64,000 nucleotides of DNA from Dehalococcoidia bacterium (GCA_965219085.1 OZ244720.1:480001-544000), one strand, 5' to 3'; counted from the first letter of the stretch, positions 39,856 through 50,015 are shown. The notes: generated by a model not told the origin, from the sequence alone. Numbers and translations are program-made.

Positions 39856-42510
39856 CTACGCCGAGGCCACCGATTCGTCGTCGCGAGGCCTCCACGGCCC
39901 GCCGTTCGCGAGGTCGGCGGTGTGCTGCCCCGCCTCGGGCGCTGGCGAGGCCGGCGCCCACGGCGTGGCGCTCATGCGGAACGGCGCGCCGGGCCAGCGG
40001 ATGCGGCCGACGCCCGGCTGCTCGGCGTCCGCCCAGTAGTCGAGCGCCTCGAGGTGCGGGTCGCGCAGCATCGCGCCCGTCGGGTTGACCGGCGCGGCCG
40101 GGATGCCGCGGCGCTGTGCCTCCTTGCAGAACGTGTCGGCGTCGTAGCGGCCGGCGAGGCTGTCGACGTACGCCTGGACCTCGTCGTCGTACTCCTTGCG
40201 CACCATCGAGGAGGCCCGGAAGCGCTCCTCGAGCACCCCCTCGGCGCCGGTCTCCTCGTGGATCCATGAGGCGAGGGCGTCCCAGTGGCCGACGGTGAGC
40301 GCGAGCAGGCAGACGAGGCGGTCGCTGCACGTGTAGTAGCCGTATGGACTGGCGCCGAGCGCGCTGCTGCCGGTGCGTCGGCGCGGGTTGGCGTCCTCGA
40401 TCAGCGCCGGCAGGCCGGTCCCGCCCTGTGCCGTCGACACGAGCACCTCGTGGGCCGAGACATCGGCCAGCTGCCCGCGACCGGTGTGTGTGCGCGCGTA
40501 GAGCGCGGCGAGGGCGGCGATGGCGCCGACCTCGCCGACGAAGTAGTCGGCGAGCAGCGCGCCGGGGATGAGCGGCCGCCGGTCGGGGTACCCGGTGAGC
40601 TGCAGGATGCCGCTCAGCGCCCACAGCGTGAGGTCGTCGGCGGCCCACGTGCGGTACGGCCCCGTCAGTCCGAACGGCGTGACAGCGACCGTCGAGAGCT
40701 CGGGGTTCGCCGCGCGCGCGGCCTCGGCGATGGCGACCGCGTCCTCGTCGGCGGTGTAGACGAGGTCGGCCGTTGCGCACAGCTCCTCGAACGCTCTGGC
40801 GTCGGCGGGGTCGCCGAGCGAGAGCGTGACGGAGCGCTTGCCGCCGTCCATGTAGAGCTGCAGCAGGCTGCGCCCGCCCATGAGCGGCCCGCCCATGAGC
40901 GGCCCGCCCGTGAACGGCCCGTCCGCACGGATCGAGGCCCCCTCGGGCGGTTCGACGCGCACGACGTCCGCCCCGAGGTGCGCGAGCAGCCGCGCGCCGT
41001 ACGCGCTCATCCCGTCGCTGAGGTCGACCACGCGCATGCCGTGCAGCGGGCCGTGGTCGAAGGTTCGCGGCTCGCGGCCCCGGCCGGCGATCGCCATCAG
41101 GTGGCGCGTCCGCGAATCGCGCATGTCGCGGATGAGCTGCGCCGCATTGAAGGCGGGAGGCTGCTTTGGCATGTCGGCCTCGCGGCTCATGCGCAACAGC
41201 GGGAGCGCCCAGTCGAAGTACGGCCGCTCCAGCGTCGCATCGCCCGGCGGAGCGTCCGCGGGCGGGCTCACCGCGCCGGCCTCTGCCAGCTCCTGAATGC
41301 GGTCGACGCTGAGGTTGGCGAGGTCGATGAGGATGTCTTCGTTGTGCTCGGCAAGGGCCGGGGAGGCGTGCTCGTGGCGCACAGGGGTGTCCGTGAGGTG
41401 GATCGGGAGGCCGTCGATGAGGTCCCCGTCGAGCCAGCGGTGGCGCACCAGCCGCCAGAAGCGGCGAGCGCGTAGCTGCGGGTCGGCGAGGTGGTCGAGG
41501 TGGTCCTGCACGGGCGCGGCAGCGACGCCCGCGGCCTGTAGCACGAACGTCGCCTCCTCGCGCGTGCGGCGGGCGCACCACTCCGCGAGGGCGGCTTCGA
41601 GCTCCTCCTCGTGCGCGCGGCGGCCCTCGAAAGTCTGGAAGCGGGGATCGTTGGCCCACTCGGGGCGTCCGACCGCGCGCGCGAGCGCGCGCCACTCGTC
41701 GTCGTTGCGGGCGGAGATGGCGACCCAGCGGTCGTCGTCGATGGTGGGGAAGACGCCGCGCGGCGCCGCGCCGGGGCTGCGGTTACCGCTGCGGTTCGGC
41801 TCCTCGCCGCCGAGCGCGACCTGCCCGATGTACGGCCCGAGGCAGGCGACGGCGGACTCGAACTGCGAGATGTCGATCCACTGCCCGGGGCCGCCGCGTT
41901 CACGGTGCAGCAGCGCGCTGATGATCGCCGTCACCGCGTGGTAGCCCGCGATGTAGTCGGGCAGTGGCACGGGCGTCATCGCCGGCTGGCGGTCGGGGTC
42001 GCCCGTCAGGTAGTCGAGGCCGGAGAACGAGGAGAGGTTGGGGCCCCACGACTTGTAGTCGCGGTACGGGCCCTCGCCGCTGCCGTAGCCCGGCATGCTC
42101 ACGTAGACGATGTCCGGGTTCACCGCGCGCACGTGCTCGTAGTCGATCCGCAGCGAGTTGATGGCGGGCACGCTGAAGTTCGTGAGGAACACGTCGCTCT
42201 GCTCGATGAGGCGGTCGAGGAGCTCACGCCCCTCGGGCGACTTGAGCTCGAGGCCGACGCCGCGCTTCTGCGCGTTGAACGTGTTGTTCCCGGCGAGCAT
42301 GTCGCCGCCTGCGAGGCCCACGTCCGGCGGCGCCCATGCGGGCGCGCGCGCGCCCATCGCGGCGCTGCGCGAGCGTGACTCGACCTTGATCACGTCGGCG
42401 CCGAGGTGCGCGAGGTAGCGCCCGGCCAGCGGCCCGGCGATCGCCACGCCGCACTCGACGACGCGCACCCCTTCGAGCGCTCGTGGCGGGTCGGTTGCTG
42501 GTGCGGTCAT
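39856..42510 (-). CDS. CoA-transferase family III, two fused domains
   Basis: LAHLGADVIKVES...PLPDY and LAHLGADVVRVEP...LADY. Confidence 0.92.
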   Translation of the reverse strand: MTAPATDPPRALEGVRVVECGVAIAGPLAGRYLAHLGADVIKVESRSRSAAMGARAPAWAPPDVGLAGGDMLAGNNTFNAQKRGVGLELKSPEGRELLDRLIEQSDVFLTNFSVPAINSLRIDYEHVRAVNPDIVYVSMPGYGSGEGPYRDYKSWGPNLSSFSGLDYLTGDPDRQPAMTPVPLPDYIAGYHAVTAIISALLHRERGGPGQWIDISQFESAVACLGPYIGQVALGGEEPNRSGNRSPGAAPRGVFPTIDDDRWVAISARNDDEWRALARAVGRPEWANDPRFQTFEGRRAHEEELEAALAEWCARRTREEATFVLQAAGVAAAPVQDHLDHLADPQLRARRFWRLVRHRWLDGDLIDGLPIHLTDTPVRHEHASPALAEHNEDILIDLANLSVDRIQELAEAGAVSPPADAPPGDATLERPYFDWALPLLRMSREADMPKQPPAFNAAQLIRDMRDSRTRHLMAIAGRGREPRTFDHGPLHGMRVVDLSDGMSAYGARLLAHLGADVVRVEPPEGASIRADGPFTGGPLMGGPLMGGRSLLQLYMDGGKRSVTLSLGDPADARAFEELCATADLVYTADEDAVAIAEAARAANPELSTVAVTPFGLTGPYRTWAADDLTLWALSGILQLTGYPDRRPLIPGALLADYFVGEVGAIAALAALYARTHTGRGQLADVSAHEVLVSTAQGGTGLPALIEDANPRRRTGSSALGASPYGYYTCSDRLVCLLALTVGHWDALASWIHEETGAEGVLEERFRASSMVRKEYDDEVQAYVDSLAGRYDADTFCKEAQRRGIPAAPVNPTGAMLRDPHLEALDYWADAEQPGVGRIRWPGAPFRMSATPWAPASPAPEAGQHTADLANGGPWRPRDDESVASA

Positions 42511-42617
42511 CTGCGATCCCCCGTGGCGCGCAGCGTACCAGCGTCGTCGAGGCCTCGCCGCGTCCGCAGCGGGTCGAGGCTGTAGACTCCAACACCGCGA
42601 ACACACCGGGAGGTCAC

Positions 42618-43067
42618 ATGCCAAGCCGCGACGAACTGATCGAGGGATTCCAGGGCCTGAACGCACGCATCGATGCGCTCAGCGACGCCATCATCGCCAA
42701 CCCCGAGGCCCCGCTGCCCGAGGGCGAGTGGCGCGTGCGCGACGCGCTGAGCCACCTCGCCGCCAGCTCCAACCCCGTCCCGCGCATGCTCGAGCGGGCG
42801 CAGGGCGGCGAGGCAGGCGGGATGCCGAGCAACGACGAGCAGGTCGCCGAGCGCTCCGACGTCAGCGCAGCCGACCTCATCGCCGAGGTGAAGACCGGCC
42901 ACGAGGCCTCGATCGCAGCCATCGGGGGCGCCGACGAGGCGCTGTTCGCCGTGGAGGTCCCGCTCGGCTTCCGCCCCGGCGACATCGCCGTCGGCGACCT
43001 GTTGGGGATGCTGGTGACGAGCCACGAGTCCGGTCACATCGATGACATCGAGGCGGCTCTGGCGTGA
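42618..43067 (+). CDS. DinB/MDMPI superfamily protein
   Basis: WRVRDALSHL and HESGH; GGGAGG SD. Confidence 0.8.
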   Translation: MPSRDELIEGFQGLNARIDALSDAIIANPEAPLPEGEWRVRDALSHLAASSNPVPRMLERAQGGEAGGMPSNDEQVAERSDVSAADLIAEVKTGHEASIAAIGGADEALFAVEVPLGFRPGDIAVGDLLGMLVTSHESGHIDDIEAALA

Positions 43068-44218
43068 GCTTCGCGGGGGCCGACGCCGCGATCGTCGAGC
43101 GGGCGGCCGCTCTCGCCGCCGTCGCGCGCAGCGAGGCCGAGGCGATCGAGCGCGACCGGCGGCTGCCCGCCTCGCTCGTCGAGGCGCTGCGAGATGCCGG
43201 GCTGTTCCACCTCTGGGCGCCGGCCGAACTCGGCGGCCTCGACGCGAGCGTCGCGACGTTCATGGAGGTCGTGCGCACGCTCTCCGAGGGTGATGCGGCG
43301 GCCGGCTGGGTCGTGATGATCGCGGCCGAGACGAACGCGCTCGCGCAGTGGATGCCGCGCGACTCCGCCGAGGAGATCTTCGGCGGCGGCGCGCGCCCGA
43401 TCTGTGTTGGCACGCTCAACCCACCGGCCGGGACGTTGCGCCCCGCCGAGGGCGGCTACCTCGCCGAGGGGCAGTGGCCGTTCGGCAGCGGCTTCCCCAA
43501 CGCCGACTGGCTGATCAGCCGCGCACGACTCCTCGACGCCGACGGCAGCCCGGCGCTCGACGAGCGCGGGCAGCCGCGGATGCGCGCGTTCGCCGTCCCC
43601 GCCGCGCAGGCCGAGCTCGTCGACACCTGGTCGGTGCCGGGCCTCGCCGGCACCGGCAGCTTCGACTACGCGATGCACGAGGTGCGTGTGCCGGCGGAGT
43701 TCGTGTTCGAGTTCGCGGCGCCGTGGACGAGCGGGCCGCGCTCGACGCTGCCGCTCGGTCCGCACTTCCAGATGGGCCACGGTGCGCACGCGATCGGCGT
43801 CGCCCGGCAGGCGATGGAGGCATTCGCCGGGATCGCCTCGAGCGACGCGTGGAGCCAGCGGCCCGCCGCCGAGGTGGCGCTCGCGCACCACGCCCGCGGC
43901 GAGGCGGAGGCGCTCGTTGCGTCCGCCGAGGCGTGGCTCGATCGCATCCTCGGCGAGATCTGGCAGCGCGCCGAGGACGGCGAGCCGCAGCCGCCGGAGG
44001 CGTTCAGCGCGCTCCAGCTGGCGGTCGCGCACACGGTGCACGCTTGCGTGCGCGCGGCGGACCTGCTGTTCGAGGCCGCCGGGGCGCAGTCGCTCTACCG
44101 CTCGAACCGCCTCGAGCGCGCGTGGCGCGACCTGCGCGCCGCGGGCCAGCACCTGCACGCCAAGGGACGGCACTACGCCGACGGTGGCCGGAGGCTGCTG
44201 GACGCGGAGTCCGCGTAG
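43064..44218 (+). CDS. Flavin-dependent monooxygenase of acyl-CoA dehydrogenase fold (HsaA-like)
   Basis: GQWPFGSG, DTWSVPGLAGTGSFD, LERAWRD. Confidence 0.88.
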   Translation: MSFAGADAAIVERAAALAAVARSEAEAIERDRRLPASLVEALRDAGLFHLWAPAELGGLDASVATFMEVVRTLSEGDAAAGWVVMIAAETNALAQWMPRDSAEEIFGGGARPICVGTLNPPAGTLRPAEGGYLAEGQWPFGSGFPNADWLISRARLLDADGSPALDERGQPRMRAFAVPAAQAELVDTWSVPGLAGTGSFDYAMHEVRVPAEFVFEFAAPWTSGPRSTLPLGPHFQMGHGAHAIGVARQAMEAFAGIASSDAWSQRPAAEVALAHHARGEAEALVASAEAWLDRILGEIWQRAEDGEPQPPEAFSALQLAVAHTVHACVRAADLLFEAAGAQSLYRSNRLERAWRDLRAAGQHLHAKGRHYADGGRRLLDAESA

Positions 44219-44234
44219 CGGCCGGGACGCGCTG

Positions 44235-45209
44235 TCAGGCCGCGTCGAGGAGCCCTCGAAGCTGAGCGAGCGTGATGTTCGCGCCGCTCAGCACCAGCAC
44301 GACGCGACGATCGCGCAGGCGCTCACGCGCCTGGTGAGCCGCCGCGAGCGACGCCGCTCCCGCCGGCTCGACGAGGAGATGCGCGCGCTCCAGCAGCTCG
44401 ACGACGGCCGCCCCGATGTCGGTGTCGTCGACGAGCAGAAAGTCGTCGAGGCGGTCGCGCAGGATCGACTGCGTGTACTCGAAGCCGGTGGCGGTCGCGA
44501 GGCCCTCGGCCGTCGTCGTGTTGGGACGTTCGACGACGCGGCCCTCGCGCCACGAGTCGTGGGCGGCCGGGGCCTGCGCCGACTGCACCGCCCAGACCTC
44601 GCACTCCGCCTCGAGGCCGTCGCGCGCCACCACCCAGCCGCAGGCGCCGGAGCCCCCGCCGAGCGGCACGATCACGAGGTCCGTGTCCGGCTGCTGACCG
44701 CCGTCGGGGTCGAGCACCTCGAGGGCAGCGGTCGCCACGCCCGAGATCAGCAGCGGCTCGTCGACCTCGACGAAGCGCATCGCGCGCTCGGCGGCGAAGT
44801 CATGCGCGGCGGCGTTGGCGTCGTCGAAGCGCGCGCCCCCCTCGCGCACCTCTGCGCCGAGGCGGCGTATCGAGGCGATCTTGTCGGGGTTCGCCCCTTC
44901 CGGGACGAAGATGACGGCGTCGAGGCCGTGCAGCCCCGCGCCGTAGGCGATCGACTGCCCGTGGTTCCCCGTCGACGCGGTCACGAGGCCGTTCGGGCGC
45001 TCGCCCGCGGCCAACTCGCCGGCAAGGAACACGCCGCCGCGCAGCTTGAACGCGCCGATCGGATTGGCGAACTCGAGCTTGAGCGAGACGTGCGCGTCGA
45101 GGCGCTCCGAGAGCGCCGGTGAGTAGACGAGGGGCGTGGGCAGCGAGAGCCGCCCCGCGAGCGCGTCGGCGGCGCGCCGGATCTCGTCGATGTCCGGCGG
45201 CGCCGCCAT
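44235..45209 (-). CDS. PLP-dependent threonine/serine dehydratase family
   Basis: KLEFANPIGAFKLRG, ASTGNHG, VPLGGGSG, VEPAGAA, SGAN. Confidence 0.92.
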   Translation of the reverse strand: MAAPPDIDEIRRAADALAGRLSLPTPLVYSPALSERLDAHVSLKLEFANPIGAFKLRGGVFLAGELAAGERPNGLVTASTGNHGQSIAYGAGLHGLDAVIFVPEGANPDKIASIRRLGAEVREGGARFDDANAAAHDFAAERAMRFVEVDEPLLISGVATAALEVLDPDGGQQPDTDLVIVPLGGGSGACGWVVARDGLEAECEVWAVQSAQAPAAHDSWREGRVVERPNTTTAEGLATATGFEYTQSILRDRLDDFLLVDDTDIGAAVVELLERAHLLVEPAGAASLAAAHQARERLRDRRVVLVLSGANITLAQLRGLLDAA

Positions 45210-45250
45210 GGTGTCGTGCCCCGTCACGGGAACGGAGCCCGTCCCGCCGG

Positions 45251-46099
45251 TTACCGCGAGCGGGGGCCGCCGGGCTCGGGGATGAACTTGCCGTCGCGCA
45301 TCTTCAGGAACGCGCCGAGGCCCTCGTTGCGCTGCACCTCGTACATGTCGGCGACCTCCTCGGCGTCGGTCGAGGCGTGGGCCAGGATGGAGATCAGGCC
45401 GCCGGTCTGGATGGCGTTGCGCAGCCCCATCGCGTGGAGGCCGAAGGTCGTCAGCTTCTTGTTGAGCCGCACGGAGTCGGACGGCACCATCGCGAGCCGC
45501 TTCGCCATCTCGCGGGCGCGCGGCATGAGCTCGTCGTGCGGTACGACCTCGTTGATGGCGCCGATGCGCACCGCCTCCTCGGGGCCGAAGTGGTCGCCGG
45601 TGAGGGCGTAGCGCGCCGCCACCTTCCAGCCGACGAGGGCCGGGAACAGGAACGAGGTGTTGGACACCATGCGCACCTCGGGCTGGCCGAACGTGGCCTG
45701 CTCCGACGCGATCGTGATGTCGCACGCGAGCGTGTACCAGAACCCGCCGCCGAGCGCCCAGCCGTTGACGGCCGCGATGACCGGCTTGTCGAGCTCCATG
45801 ATGTGCATGACGTGGTCGGTGTGGGCCACGTCGGTGGGCATCCACTCGGCCAGCGCCGCGCTGCGCGTCGTCGGCGCCTCACGCTTGCGGCCGAGGTCGT
45901 AGCCGGCCGAGAAGGCGCGACCGGCGCCGGTGAGGATGATCGTGCGCACCGACTCGTCGGCGGCGGCCTCGTCGAGGGCCTCGTGGAGCTCGCGCTCGAG
46001 GTCCGGGGAGATGGCGTTCATCTGGTTCGGCCGGTTGAGCGTGATCGTCGCAATCTGGTCGTCGTCGGTCTCGTAGAGGAGGAACTCGTAATCGCCCAC
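45251..46099 (-). CDS. Enoyl-CoA hydratase/isomerase family
   Basis: ITLNRP, GRAFSAGYDL, KPVIAAVNGWALGGG, FGQPEV. Confidence 0.92.
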   Translation of the reverse strand: MGDYEFLLYETDDDQIATITLNRPNQMNAISPDLERELHEALDEAAADESVRTIILTGAGRAFSAGYDLGRKREAPTTRSAALAEWMPTDVAHTDHVMHIMELDKPVIAAVNGWALGGGFWYTLACDITIASEQATFGQPEVRMVSNTSFLFPALVGWKVAARYALTGDHFGPEEAVRIGAINEVVPHDELMPRAREMAKRLAMVPSDSVRLNKKLTTFGLHAMGLRNAIQTGGLISILAHASTDAEEVADMYEVQRNEGLGAFLKMRDGKFIPEPGGPRSR

Positions 46100-46207
46100 T
46101 TCGGGCCCCCTTCGGTATGCGCGGTACGTCGCGAGTTGATGCCACGCATCATAGACGGCGCACCGTCGCGCGACGCCTCCGACGGCGAGCAACGCGCCGC
46201 GACGCAA

Positions 46208-46313
46208 TGCATCAGAAGTAGGTGTTACCGGGGGCCTCCTCTGTGCATCAAAACCCTGTTACCGAGGACCTGTGCGTTGGGGGGCTGCAGTGCATCAGAA
46301 GTGCCTGTTACCG
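46208..46313. repeat. Three imperfect 21-23 bp direct repeats TGCATCA-N6/8-TGTTACCG
   Basis: Copies at 46208-46230, 46244-46264 and 46291-46313. Confidence 0.8.
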
Positions 46314-46525
46314 CACCCCGGTCTGGCTGCGTCACGAATCGCGATGAGATCTGCCCGGGAGGAGCGTCAGGTGGCTCCGGAACTGGTGGCCGAGCTGCGT
46401 GAGCCGTTCGGTCGGCCTTGGCGGATGCTGGAGCACCCGCAGGGCACGCATGGGCGGGTTGGCCGTGAGGTCTGCCCAATCGTTCCTGGCGAATGGTGGC
46501 ATTCTGAGGCAGGCTCAGTGGCGCG

Positions 46526-46843
46526 CTACGACAAGCGTGCGTTCAGCAGTCGGTTCAGGCTCACGCCCTCCTCGGCCGCCTGTGTCGCGAGTTCACGGTG
46601 GATCTCGGGCGGAACGCGGAGCAGGATGCGCCCGGAGTAGGGGCGGCTTGCCAGCGGCTCCGGAACAGCCTCGCCGGCGGACTGCATGTCCTGCACCGCA
46701 TCGGCCACCGCACACCGGATGCCGGCGAACGCATCCTCTGGTTGCGGCGCCAGCCAGCTGAGGAGCGGGAACTCCAGGCACAGGCCCACGTACTCCCCAT
46801 CCTCTTCTGACCAGGTGACGCGGTAGGTGTAGTGATCACTCAT
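46526..46843 (-). CDS. hicB: HicB family antitoxin
   Basis: YTYRVTWSEEDGEYVGLCLEFP, YSGRILLRVPPEIHR, GVSLN. Confidence 0.9.
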   Translation of the reverse strand: MSDHYTYRVTWSEEDGEYVGLCLEFPLLSWLAPQPEDAFAGIRCAVADAVQDMQSAGEAVPEPLASRPYSGRILLRVPPEIHRELATQAAEEGVSLNRLLNARLS

Positions 46844-47086
46844 CGCCGGCCTCCAACCTGTCGATGGCCCTCAGTACCTGTCTCACCTGGTACGCCTTGG
46901 CCGCGCCCCTGTCGTTCTGGATGTTGACCCTCGGGTTTTCCGGCGAGGGCGTGCGATAGACCCAGTGGCTGCCGCCCGTCCTCGGGCCGGCCCGAAGTAG
47001 TGGTCGCAGACCTTCACCAGGTCGGCGAAGCGAGCGCCGCGCGGGTTGGTGCGCATCTGCCTGACAATTGCCGCGACGCTGGCCAC
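46836..47086 (-). pseudogene. hicA: HicA-like toxin, frameshifted near 46985
   Basis: RFADLVKVCDHYFGP in one frame, GGSHWVYRTP...RVNIQND..AKAYQVRQV in another. Confidence 0.8.
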
Positions 47087-47159
47087 ACGAAAATGATACC
47101 ACTATCGCTATCACTTACCAACCGAGGATAGCGCCCTGCCGACCGGGCAAGCTTCCAGC

Positions 47160-47519
47160 GCCCGCTACGGCATCCACCACCTGCCGCGCGTGATTGGCTT
47201 CTCGGCCGCGAACTACGTCCTGCTCACGGCCGACCGCATCGAGCCGGACCAGGCCAAGGCGTTCGGCATCGTCACCGAGGTCACCGAGCCGGACCAGCTG
47301 ATGGTCCGCGCCGAGGAGATCGCGCAGATGATCGCCTCGAACGCGCCGCTCCCGATCGAGGGCGCCAGGTCGGTGGTCCAGGCCTGGCGCAAGGCCGGCA
47401 TCGACGAGTCGCTGCGCACCGCCGAGTGGATGAACCAGGTCGTCCTGGCGTCCGCCGACGCGAAGGAAGGCCCGGCCGCCTTCGCCGAGAAGCGCGACCC
47501 GGTCTGGACCGGCGGCTAA
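47160..47519 (+). pseudogene. 5'-truncated enoyl-CoA hydratase fragment
   Basis: ARYGIHHLPRVIG...SNAPL...DAKEGPAAFAEKRDPVW is only the C-terminal part. Confidence 0.78.
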
Positions 47520-47554
47520 CCCACCACCCAGTCTCGAATCACCGGCGGCGCCGG

Positions 47555-48277
47555 TCACCCATCGAGGTGGCCGGCGCCGTCTGCGTGTGGCTCCTCGGGC
47601 ATGTCGACGTAGAGGCTCATCTCGGAGAGGTCCGGCGGCATCACGAGCCACGGCCCGGTGACGGCCTGGACCTCGCGGGGCGTCACGCCCGGAGCGACCT
47701 CCCGGAGTTCGAGGCCTCCGGGCGTCACCGCGATCACGGCGAGATCCGTCACGATCAGGTCGACGCAGCCCGGGGCCGTGAGCGGGTAATCGCACTCCCG
47801 CACGATCCTCGGCGACCCGTCCCGCGTCCGGTGCTCCATCGCCACGATCAGCCGGCGCGCGCCGACCGCGAGGTCCATCGCGCCGCCGATGCTCCCGCCG
47901 CCGCGCTCCGGCACCGACCAGTTCGCGAGGTCGCCGCGCGCCGAGACCTGCAGGCCACCGAGCACGGCCACGTCGACGTGCCCGCCACGGATCATCGCGA
48001 ACGACGTGGCGCTGTCGAAGAAGCTCGCGCCCGGCCGCAGCGCGACGGGCTGGCCTCCCGCGTTGATGACGTCGGGGTCGAAGTCGTCGTCGAGGATCGC
48101 GCCGTAGCCGAGGATGCCGTTCTCGGCCTGGAACAGCACGTCAACGCTGGGTTGGAGGTGGTTCGCTACCTGCGTCGGGAGCCCGATGCCGAGGTTCACG
48201 ACCATGCCCGCGCGCAACTCGCGCGCGACGCGCAGCGCGATCAGTTCGCGCGGGATGCCGACGGGGCCGTCAACCAT
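47555..48277 (-). CDS. scoB: 3-oxoacid CoA-transferase subunit B
   Basis: VNLGIGLPT, QAENG (catalytic Glu), IRGGHVD, GGAMDL, MEH. Confidence 0.88.
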   Translation of the reverse strand: MVDGPVGIPRELIALRVARELRAGMVVNLGIGLPTQVANHLQPSVDVLFQAENGILGYGAILDDDFDPDVINAGGQPVALRPGASFFDSATSFAMIRGGHVDVAVLGGLQVSARGDLANWSVPERGGGSIGGAMDLAVGARRLIVAMEHRTRDGSPRIVRECDYPLTAPGCVDLIVTDLAVIAVTPGGLELREVAPGVTPREVQAVTGPWLVMPPDLSEMSLYVDMPEEPHADGAGHLDG

Positions 48278-48962
48278 CCCAGCGCACCGGCAGCGGATCG
48301 CAGCGCACGATCCGGTCGACGTAGACGGCGGGCGTCCCGACCCGCTCCGGGTCAATCGCGCCCACCTCGACGATCTCTTCCACCTCGGCGACGACGGTGT
48401 CCGCCGCGGTTGCCATCAGCGGGTTGAAGTTGCGCCCGGCCGCCCGGTACTCGAGGTTGCCGAGCCGGTCGGCGCGGTGCGCTTTCAGGAAGGCGTAGTC
48501 CGCCCGCAGCGGCCGCTCGAGGAGGTAGCGCTCACCGTCGATCTCCATCAGCTCCTTGCCTTCGGCGACCACCGTCCCCACGCCCGTGCGCGTCAGCACG
48601 CCGCCGAGGCCCGCCCCGCCGGCGCGGATGCGCTCGGCGAACGTGCCCTGCGGCACGAGTTCGAGGGTCACGTCGCCCGCGCGGTACTGCTCCTCGAAGC
48701 GGCTCCCGCGGCGGGAGGAGGCGCGGATCGCGAAGGTCGCAATGACGTGGGCGAGCTGGTACGCCTCGCACAGCTCGTCGAGCTTGTCGCCAAGGCCGAT
48801 GTTGTTCGCGATCGCCGTGTGGCCGCGCGTGCCGAGGCGTTGTAGCGCGAGGATGAGGTTGCTCGGCGTGCCGGCCGAGACGAAGCCGCCGAACATGATC
48901 GACGCGCCGTCCGGCACGTCGGCGATGGCGTCATCGGGCGTCGGGAAGACCTGCGCGACCAC
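48270..48962 (-). CDS. scoA: 3-oxoacid CoA-transferase subunit A
   Basis: GGF..AGTP, PQGTFAERIRAGGAG, TGVGT, GNL, RNFNPLMA. Confidence 0.88.
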   Translation of the reverse strand: MVAQVFPTPDDAIADVPDGASIMFGGFVSAGTPSNLILALQRLGTRGHTAIANNIGLGDKLDELCEAYQLAHVIATFAIRASSRRGSRFEEQYRAGDVTLELVPQGTFAERIRAGGAGLGGVLTRTGVGTVVAEGKELMEIDGERYLLERPLRADYAFLKAHRADRLGNLEYRAAGRNFNPLMATAADTVVAEVEEIVEVGAIDPERVGTPAVYVDRIVRCDPLPVRWDG

Positions 48963-48973
48963 GGGCGGCCTCG

Positions 48974-49756
48974 CTACTGCGCCGTCCAGCCGCCGTCGAC
49001 GGAGATGGCGGCGCCGGTGATCTGGGTGGCGGCGTCTGAGCACAGGAACACCGCGATCTGCGCGACCTGCTCGGGCTGGACGAACTCCAGCGAGGGCTGC
49101 TTCTCGGCGAGCAGTGCGCGTGCGCCCTCCTCGATCGACACGCCGAGGGTGTCCGCGCGCGCCTCGATCTGCCGCTCGATGAGTTCGGTGCGGACCCAGC
49201 CGGGGCAGATCGCGTTGCAGGTGATCGCCGACTGCGCCGTCTCAAGCGCCACGACCCTGGTCATGCCGACGAGGCCGTGCTTGGCGGCGATGTACGCGAC
49301 CTTCTCGACCGAGGCGACAAGCCCGTGCGCCGAGGCCGTGTTGATGACGCGGCCCCAGCCCGCCTCGCGCATCCCGGGCAGGAGGAGCCGCGTGGTGTGG
49401 AAGGCCGCGGAGAGGTTGACGGCGATGATGTCGTCCCAGCGCTCGACCGGGAACGCCTCGATCGGGGCGGTGTGCTGGATGCCCGCGTTGTTGACGAGGA
49501 CATCGACGCGCCCGAAGCGCTCGAGCGCCTCCCGCGCGAGCGACTCGATGGCCGTGGAGTCGCGCACGTCCGCGCCGCTGAACGCGACGTCGACATCGTA
49601 GTTCGTCTCGAAGTCGTCGCAGAGCTCGCGGATCGCGGCGGGGTCGCCGAGGCCGTGCAGCATGACGTTCGCGCCCTCGTCCGCGAGCGCGCGGGCGATG
49701 GCGAGCCCGATGCCGCTCGTGGAGCCCGTGACCAGGGCGGACTTGCCAGCCAGCAT
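48974..49756 (-). CDS. bdhA: D-3-hydroxybutyrate dehydrogenase
   Basis: TGSTSGIG, NNAGIQH, SAHGLVAS..K.AY.AAKHG, CPGWVRT, EKQPS, DGGWTAQ. Confidence 0.92.
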   Translation of the reverse strand: MLAGKSALVTGSTSGIGLAIARALADEGANVMLHGLGDPAAIRELCDDFETNYDVDVAFSGADVRDSTAIESLAREALERFGRVDVLVNNAGIQHTAPIEAFPVERWDDIIAVNLSAAFHTTRLLLPGMREAGWGRVINTASAHGLVASVEKVAYIAAKHGLVGMTRVVALETAQSAITCNAICPGWVRTELIERQIEARADTLGVSIEEGARALLAEKQPSLEFVQPEQVAQIAVFLCSDAATQITGAAISVDGGWTAQ

Positions 49757-50015
49757 CGATCCCCCTCGAGGCGATGGCGCGCCGGCCGGCGCAACGCGAC
49801 CGGGCGCGTTGCGGGAGCGCGTGGGGGACAAGCATGCCCGTCCCGCCGCCGGCCGTCATCCGGCGGGCAAGGATGTGGGGTGCGGGGCTAGTCTGAGTCG
49901 CGCGAGCGGCGGTCCCGGCGGCAGCGCGATGTTTGCGGGTCGTAAGAATTGACGCGTTATTTGCCGGGGGCGGGGAATTGGCCATCCCGCACGGGTGGGC
50001 TCGGCGGCGTGGGGG

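Noticed and set aside
40872-40916. 15-bp micro-duplication (GGPLM x2) in the CoA-transferase; similar QPDGV x2 near 34095
   Set aside because: In-frame slippage duplications in loop regions; no evidence of a separate function
46208-46313. Triple repeat as a mini-CRISPR
   Set aside because: Spacers of 13 and 26 nt, variable repeat middles and no cas genes; kept as an unexplained repeat
47555-49756. bdhA-scoA-scoB as a novel pathway
   Set aside because: Ordinary 3-hydroxybutyrate/acetoacetate utilisation operon
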